From Octopus bimaculoides (Eukaryota): a DNA stretch of 42,098 nucleotides. The stretch lies in assembly GCF_001194135.2 (NCBI RefSeq), contig NC_068985.1, positions 111,503,602-111,545,699 on the forward strand. The letters run 5' to 3'. A model generated the notes under the pieces. That model worked only from the letters and a program-made list of their open reading frames with translations. It was not told the DNA's origin and did not search any database. Numbering within the stretch: the first letter of the stretch is position 1; each line of letters opens with the position of its first letter. Positions 36,054 to 42,098 of this stretch are shown piece after piece. The position numbers and the translations under genes are program-made.

Positions 36054-36804
36054 GATACATTCGCATGCAGTTAAATTTACCCACCTTAAAACACACGTGT
36101 CTATGGAATATATTAAAGAACAAACTATATCACCCTCACCATTGGCTGGCCTCATACGATTATCTCATATTACCATATATGGTAAAGCCACAAAATCAAA
36201 TATGGCGGAAGCCAGGACATATAAAGTGATTCATCAACAGATTGGTGCTCAACGTATGAAAGTGTATATAGATATACATAAATATTTCAATAATTTTTCA
36301 CCGACTATGTGTTGTGTTTTTTTATTTTTTTCATTCTCGTTGTTGACGTTGTTGCTTGTACGTATGTCCTTGTATATTTATGTGAGTTATGAGTATGGAT
36401 CTATGTTTCAGAAGTTCTTTTTGTGATAACGTGGTCTCTGGTTCGATTCCTCTTTGCAGCATCTCAGACATCAGAAGACTTGAGGCGACCTAAGGTTTAA
36501 AGTGTAATTGTACAAAGAGAAATGTTCGGAAATTCATCCGGTGGACACTAAACCTTCTTATATCGGAGATTTAATTAATCACACAGTTTCACAACCACAT
36601 GATCATTTTTCTCTTGCGCACCACTGCAAATCTTACCTCACCCTCAAAAATATTAGTACCCCAGCATGAAAGAACAAAGTGTTATATCATGAATGTGTGT
36701 GTGTACATGTATATTAAGTTTTTACAAGGAAACGGTTGATTGTAACTTCAAAGTTTCGGTTTACTTGTCGTCATCAGACTGTGTTCATGTGTATGTATAC
36801 TATA

Positions 36805-36932
36805 CAGGGTGTCCACAAGGTCTGGGTACATGGAGTAAATAAAATCATAACATACACAATTAAATATGTAGAAATAATAATTTCTTAAAGTATGTATTAA
36901 TCCCCATGTACCCAGACTTGGTGGACATCCTG
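36805..36932. mobile_element. Second copy of the same MITE, opposite orientation
   Basis: TA|CAGGGTGTCCACAAGGTCTGGGTACATG ... CATGTACCCAGACTTGGTGGACATCCTG; the interior is the reverse complement of 23795-23862. Confidence 0.88.
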
Positions 36933-37143
36933 TCTTTTTTTTACAAGGAAACAAGGTTGACTGTAACTTCAAAGTTTTGGCTTACTTGCCGTCATCAGAC
37001 TCTGTGTGTGTGTGTGTGTGTGTGTGTGAATCACTGGTGCACAACTTTTCCACAAAATTCACAAGAAAAAATTAATAGACCACCAAACATCAATTACTGC
37101 AGTTAAAAAAACTTTTAACTGCATTATGCAACACAAAAAAAAC

Positions 37144-37347
37144 TGTTGTGTCGACGCCCCCAGGCGAAGAAGTAGGATCTCCAAAGACATATAAATAGAG
37201 GTAGTCTGGCCGTGGTAGGAGTGTTGAGTAGCAGTCGAGTANNNNNNNNNNTGGTAGGAGTGTTGAGTAGCAGTCGAGTAGAAGTTGTGTAGCGGTTGAG
37301 TAGAGATCATCCGAAGGTGCTAGACAGCAGTAGCTTGAGACATAACA
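37144..37347 (+). mobile_element. Probable solo LTR (BEL/Pao-like termini)
   Basis: TGTTGTG...CATAACA termini, 5-bp TSD AAAAC on both sides (37139-37143, 37348-37352), internal TATAAATA. Contains a 10-N gap. Confidence 0.6.
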
Positions 37348-37537
37348 AAAACATTAATATTTTAGATGAATAAATTAATTAGATACACTATACAATGTAA
37401 ATTTACTTTATTTTTATGTATAGGGAGTTCATTGGCTTTATGAAACTCGCCGTAGACCACCAAAACTTTGATATGGATCACTAGTGCTCCACTTGAGTCA
37501 CACTGTGCGCATTACTGATGCTGAATATATGTAGTAT

Positions 37538-38060
37538 AGGTGCAGGCATGGTCCTGTAGTACGAAGCTTGTTTCCCAATTATATGGTTCCGTAGCACCCT
37601 GGACAAGTGTCTTCAGGTATACCCTCGGGCTGACCAAAGCGCTGAGAGTGGATTTGGTAGACGGAAACTTAAAACCTCGTCGTATATATAAATATATATA
37701 GCAATGTCACTACACACGGGCTGTTGCCGATTTCTTTTCCTTCTTTGGACTTTATCCTTTTCGACGAAGAGCTGTGCTCGAAACATCAAAATCTCTCTCT
37801 TTTTTTTTACCGAACATCGAACTAATACATTTCTTGTGCAGGTCCTCTTGCTGTCTGTTAATTTTATTCGTTTAAAACTGCTTGACAACCGGTGTTGGTT
37901 TGTTTACGTCTCGTAACCTAGCGGCTCGACAAAAAGAGACCCGTAGAATAAGTACCAGGCTTAAAGAAAAATTAATCGCGGGGTCGATTCATTCGATTAA
38001 ACGTTCTTTAAGGAGGAGCCCCAGCATGGCCGCAGTCTGAATTACTGAAACAGATAAAAG
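37538..38060 (+). mobile_element. SINE family A copy interrupted by a ~180-bp insert
   Basis: Head GGTGCAGGCATGG at 37539, core to 37683, insert ~37700-37880, then GCTTGACAACCGG...CCAGCATGGCCGCAGTC. Confidence 0.8.
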
Positions 38061-38269
38061 ATATATATTGCTAGTCTGAAATTAACAAATTTGCACAAAC
38101 AATATAGTAGTTGTATACTGCCAACTTAACGTGACAGTCCCAATAAGGGAATATACTGCTGCTGTTTAGCCCTAGGAAGCCAGACCGCTTCCTATTAGGC
38201 CTTGACACACTTTCTGTGCCCTTATCCATACAAAGGGGAGACAAACTCCTCCAACCAGCCCAGCCTGCA

Positions 38270-38312
38270 TTCAGTGACATGTTTCTGAGTCTTTACTCGT
38301 CATCAGCCTGAA
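38270..38312 (-). ncRNA. Minimal type I hammerhead-ribozyme-like motif (imperfect)
   Basis: Minus strand: TTCAG g CTGATGA c GAGT aaag ACTC a GAAAC AT GTC a CTGAA. Confidence 0.5.
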
Positions 38313-38784
38313 GTAGCATGGCGGGCTAGCTGAAGAAATCTGTCTAATCAATATATATCTTTATATATTAATTAATGTAATTGTTTCACCCTGCTTAAGC
38401 TCGTATAATATTAGCGTATACTTACATTGTGTAATAGTATTTATTTACGTGATACAGAAATAGTCGGATTATTAAATACTGTCAGATTTTGACATATCGG
38501 GATAAAAAGACTTGCAATCGTTCAGAGGATGGATTGTCTAAACTCTTAGTGTATTCAAATATCTAGTAATTTACTCGTTAATTCAATTATGTCACGTGTA
38601 TATATTTCTAATGAGAATACTTTATCTTGGAGCGTAAGACCTGGACGTGAGACATATGAAAACGAGGTGGAATATGAAAAAGAGGTGGGAGTCTGCATTA
38701 TTCTTCAACGTCATGAAACAATCGCTAACAGCCTGTCGAAAGAATTAAGTGGAAGCGGTGTTATTATTAACTGGAGAGACGAAT

Positions 38785-39140
38785 CTTATCTTTTACTTAT
38801 TTCAGTCATGCTGCCATGCTGGAGCACCGCCTTGAAGCAAAAAGACCCGAAGACTTTGTTATAATGTCTAGTACTTATTCTATCTTCCTCTTTTGCCGAA
38901 CCGCTAAGTTATGGAGGACGTAAATACAAACAGCGTTTGTCAAGTGGAGGTGGGAGAGAAATACAAACACACACACACATATATATATATACGATGGACT
39001 TCTTTCAGTTTCCGTCTACCAAATCTACTGACAAGGCTTTGGCCGGTCCGAGGCTATAGTAAAAAAATACTTGCCCAAGGTGTCACGCGATAGGACTGAA
39101 CCCGGAATGATGTGGTAGGGAAGCAAGCTTCTTACTGCAC
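38785..39140 (-). mobile_element. SINE family A copy
   Basis: CTTTTACTTATTTCAGTCATG...GGGAAGCAAGCTTCTTAC. Confidence 0.83.
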
Positions 39141-39770
39141 AACGAATAACTTCATCGTTGTTTTAATGTCTACTGTTTCATACTTGCATGACTCATACAA
39201 AATTCGTTGATGCAGATTTTTTTTTATGCGACCGCGTGTTTTTCCTGTTGCCAATATTCACGCGTTTCCAAGCAAGGTAATATTTTCCCATAGCTGCACG
39301 TTTTTACAAATGACTATACGTGAAGACACCGGATGTATGACGGTGATGCACGTTTACAACTGTTGTGCCATTACACATACACGTATATGTATGTGTGTGT
39401 GTGTGCGTAAAACTATGTTGTAGACTATGTTAATTTTACCTATTTATTTGAATACTGAAAAAAATTATAAACAATCTTAATCGTTTTTTACCCCTATTAA
39501 TTTCTGATCACAGGTATCCACATCACTTAACCAAATCCACAAAAACTAGTAGCTTTTCTGTTTGTGTACACATCAAATCTAGTAGCTACAGAGAACTGGA
39601 GGTACTAATATGTATATCATATATATAAATTTAATTAGAGAGTATGTTAACCTCTAGAAGGGATGGTTGCATTCAAGGAAATTCTGGTTCAATACCTAGT
39701 ATTTTGGGGGAATGAAATTCCCTTAAAACAATAAGTATATATAAAGCATATAGTCTATATCCATTTAAAA

Positions 39771-40046
39771 GAAGAAAAAAAATGGAGATTAGGAAGTTAA
39801 TTGTTTATTAACAGCAAATTGGTCCTCTTCACTTCTATAGCTGTTTCAATTAATATCCAATAAATTAATTACATCAAATTTACATTTATGTGACGTGAGT
39901 ATAATTTCATCAGAAGAAATAAAGATGTACCTTTGGATGTTATGTAGGCTTATCAATTCATTTCAGCAGACTCAGAAGCGAAGATGAGCAATTTGTTGTT
40001 AATAATAAACAATTATTAACTTCATAGTCTCCATTTTCTTTTCTTC
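39771..40046. repeat. Older AT-rich fold-back
   Basis: 39771-39836 matches the reverse complement of 39974-40046 (ATGGAGA.TA.GAAGTT..AATTGTTT..ATTAACA.CAAATTG.TC.TCTTC.CTTCT), with two 3-bp indels. Confidence 0.75.
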
Positions 40047-40074
40047 TTACACACATATGTGCGTGTGTGTGTGT

Positions 40075-40435
40075 TCAGACGTGGCTGTGTGGTAAGAAGT
40101 TTGCTTCCCAACCACATGGTCCCGGGTTCAGTCCCCTGCGTAGCACCTTGGACAAAGTGTCTTCTACGGTAGCTTCGGTCCGACCAATGTCATGTGAGTG
40201 GATTTTGTAGACGACAAACTAAAAGAAGTCCGTCGTTTATATTTATGTGTGTGTGCGCTTGACAACCGCTGTTGATGTGTTTACGTCCCCATAACCTAGC
40301 GGTTCGGCAGAAGAAACCGATAGATTAAGTACCAGGCTTAAAGAATAAGTCCTTGGGTTGATCTGTTCAACTAAAACTCTTCAAGGCGGTATTCCAGAAT
40401 GGCCGCAGTCAAAATGACTGAAACAAGTAAAAGAA
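40075..40435 (+). mobile_element. Near full-length SINE family A (OR-like/CORE-like, with internal microsatellite)
   Basis: Head GGCTGTGTGGTAAGAAGTTTGCTTCCCAACCACATGGTCCCGGGTTCAGTCCC, core GCACCTTGGACAAAGTGTCTTC, internal (TG)n, tail CCAGAATGGCCGCAGTCAAAATGACTGAAACAAGTAAAAGA. Confidence 0.88.
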
Positions 40436-40550
40436 TTAAAAAAAATGTGTGTGTGTGCATTTATGTATGTATTTGAAGGAGAGACAGACCAATACAAATT
40501 GTGAAGCCTTACATTTGTGGTCACTTCGACGGTCTGTGTTGTACGCGTAA

Positions 40551-40732
40551 GGCGGCGAGCTGGCACAATCGTTAGCGCGCTGGACGAAATACTTAGCAGT
40601 ATTTCGCATTTCGCTACGTTCTGAGTTCAAATTCCGCCAAGGTCGACTTCGCCTTTTATCCTTTTGGAGTCGATGTAATCGACTACTCTTCTCCCTTAAA
40701 ATTTCAGGCCTTATACCTTAAGTAAAAAGGAT
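40551..40732 (+). mobile_element. tRNA-derived SINE family C, tail type 1
   Basis: Head GGCGGCGAGCTGGCACAATCGTTAGC, B-box GAGTTCAAATTCC (40623-40635), tail AAAATTTCAGGCCTTATACCTTAAGTAAAAAGGA. Confidence 0.85.
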
Positions 40733-41124
40733 ATGTGTTGTACGTGTGTCGAGAGAATGGGGCGCAAGTTTGATTAATTTATATTTGCACTGATTGTGTT
40801 AATGTTGCTGAAAGATGTGCGGTTGTCATCTTCCTATTTATAGATAGTACTTGGTGCATTTATATTAACCCTTCGTGGGCCGGCGGGGTTGGAATTACAC
40901 AAAAGGCCATTTTGTTGTTGCGCATTTCCGCACTATCCATGAAGTAATATTTCTTTAATCTTGTGTATATGATACAGAACAAGAAATTTAGCACTTTTTT
41001 TTATATAGTTTTATAGAGTATACTTATAGTTTTATAAAGTATACATATACTAAAAATGAAATAAAACAAAAAAGTATATCGATTCATACCAGTACAAATA
41101 CGAAGAAAATAGACTTATAGTTCA

Positions 41125-41379
41125 TCAGAATATCTCAAGCAGAAAGTTGTTGTTGGTTGAGACGTATCCAGGTGTAGGTGGTTTATCCGGTATTTCCGAG
41201 AGGAATTTGTCCAGCTACCGTTTGAAAGTTGTGGGGTCTTTTTCTGCTTTAATTTCTTTCGGGATAACATTGAAAAGTGCAGGACTATTTGTAGTGAAGA
41301 AATTGTGTTGTAATGTTCTTATACGATGTGATCCCGACCTTTGTAGGGGACGTATTGCACGGGGGCCTAGTCTTGGGTG
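41125..41379 (-). mobile_element. LINE ORF2 C-terminal remnant (CR1/L2-group-like; clade uncertain)
   Basis: Minus strand reads HPRLGPRAIRPLQRSGSHRIRTLQHNFFTTNSPALFNVIPKEIK...TFKR*LDKFLSEIPDKPPTPGYVSTNNNFLLEIF*. This resembles the LFN.LPK.IR...FK.KLDKFL..IPD.P..PGY terminus common in invertebrate LINEs. Confidence 0.75.
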
Positions 41380-41396
41380 AACTGAAAACATAATAT

Positions 41397-41550
41397 ATAT
41401 ATAAAAGTGTATAAAGATTTATACACGGAGAGAAGATCCTTGACAGGACTTCTTAGATGCTATGTAAGAAATCCTGTCAATACACTGTATGTAAGAAGTC
41501 CTGGCAAGGGTCTTCTCTCTGTATATAAATCTTTATACACTCTTATATAT
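41397..41550. repeat. 154-bp fold-back element
   Basis: Arms 41397-41460/41487-41550 (7 mismatches in 64), 26-bp spacer, flanked by TA repeats. Confidence 0.9.
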
Positions 41551-41643
41551 AAAAATATTTTATGTCTTATGACTCTTATTAAGCATGCGAACCACTGGTA
41601 ATAAACTGTTTTAATTTTTTACCCTCATACTTATATATACATA

Positions 41644-42098
41644 CACAGGGGTTGGAAAAAATAATGGAAACACCTCCATTATAGCATCACAATATTGAAA
41701 TTTCTATAAAACCGTCAAACGCTTGTTTATTTTTATGATTTTTGATTTATTATTAGTGTTGCTTAATATGTTTAGCTAAAATTGCTGTTTCTTTTCAGAT
41801 ATCGTAAGGAAAAGATAATTAAAATAACAGATCTATCGGACTTTCAAAGAGGTCAAATTGTTGGTGCTCGTATGGCAGGCGCTAGCGTAAGGAAAACATC
41901 CGAAATGTGTGGTGTATCAAGAAGTACTGTCTCGAAAGTAATGACAGCCTTTGAGAAAGAGGGAAAAACCTTCACATGGAAACAAAACTCCGGATGAAAA
42001 CCCAAATTTCAGATAGGATACGCGAATTGTTAGAAAGGACTACAAAAGTACAGCTCTCAAAATTACTGCAGAGCTTAATGAAAACCCAATTTCCACAA
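41644..42098 (+). mobile_element. Tc1-like DNA transposon, 5' part (runs off the window)
   Basis: TA followed by the TIR-like (CA)CAGGGGTTGGAAAAAATAATGGAAACACC, then a paired-like HTH transposase remnant. Confidence 0.85.
41824..42098 (+). pseudogene. Tc1 transposase N-terminus, disrupted
   Basis: (I)TDLSDFQRGQIVGARMAGASVRKTSEMCGVSRSTVSKV...NSG*KP, then after a frameshift RIVRKDYKSTALKITAELN..PIST. Start codon reads ATA; stop at 41995-41997. Confidence 0.85.

Noticed and set aside
37212-37280. 29-bp duplication across a 10-N gap
   Set aside because: Same overlap artefact pattern.
40865-40890. TTAA-CCCTT piggyBac-like left end
   Set aside because: No matching right end or transposase found in the window.
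41147-41380. Plus-strand 77-aa ORF
   Set aside because: Antisense shadow of the LINE ORF2 remnant.

Overview
AT-rich animal genomic DNA from a gapped draft scaffold. The tRNA-derived SINE families resemble those I recall from octopus, so the source is probably Octopus sp. (inference). The window is dominated by microsatellites and roughly 30 SINE copies from three or four families. It also holds decayed autonomous elements: a mariner (3754-4990), an RTE 3' end (~22290-22640), an L1/Tx1 3' end (26768-27490), a CR1/L2-group 3' end (41125-41379) and a Tc1 5' end (41644-end). Several MITEs and a probable solo LTR are present. Only one credible host coding region was found: a 351-aa single-pass membrane protein (33287-34342, +) that I do not recognise, with a disordered tail carrying a DSGxxS degron-like motif and a C-terminal LSYAMV motif. 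The most notable observations are: (i) a SINE whose 3' tail matches the 3' UTR of the L1/Tx1 LINE in this window, while sibling copies carry a different tail; (ii) a minimal hammerhead-ribozyme-like motif at 38270-38312 (-); (iii) eight unrelated fold-back (long inverted repeat) structures. Most other ORFs in the track are microsatellite or N-gap artefacts. Coordinates and identities were read by eye; SINE boundaries are approximate (about +/-10-20 bp). No database searches were run.
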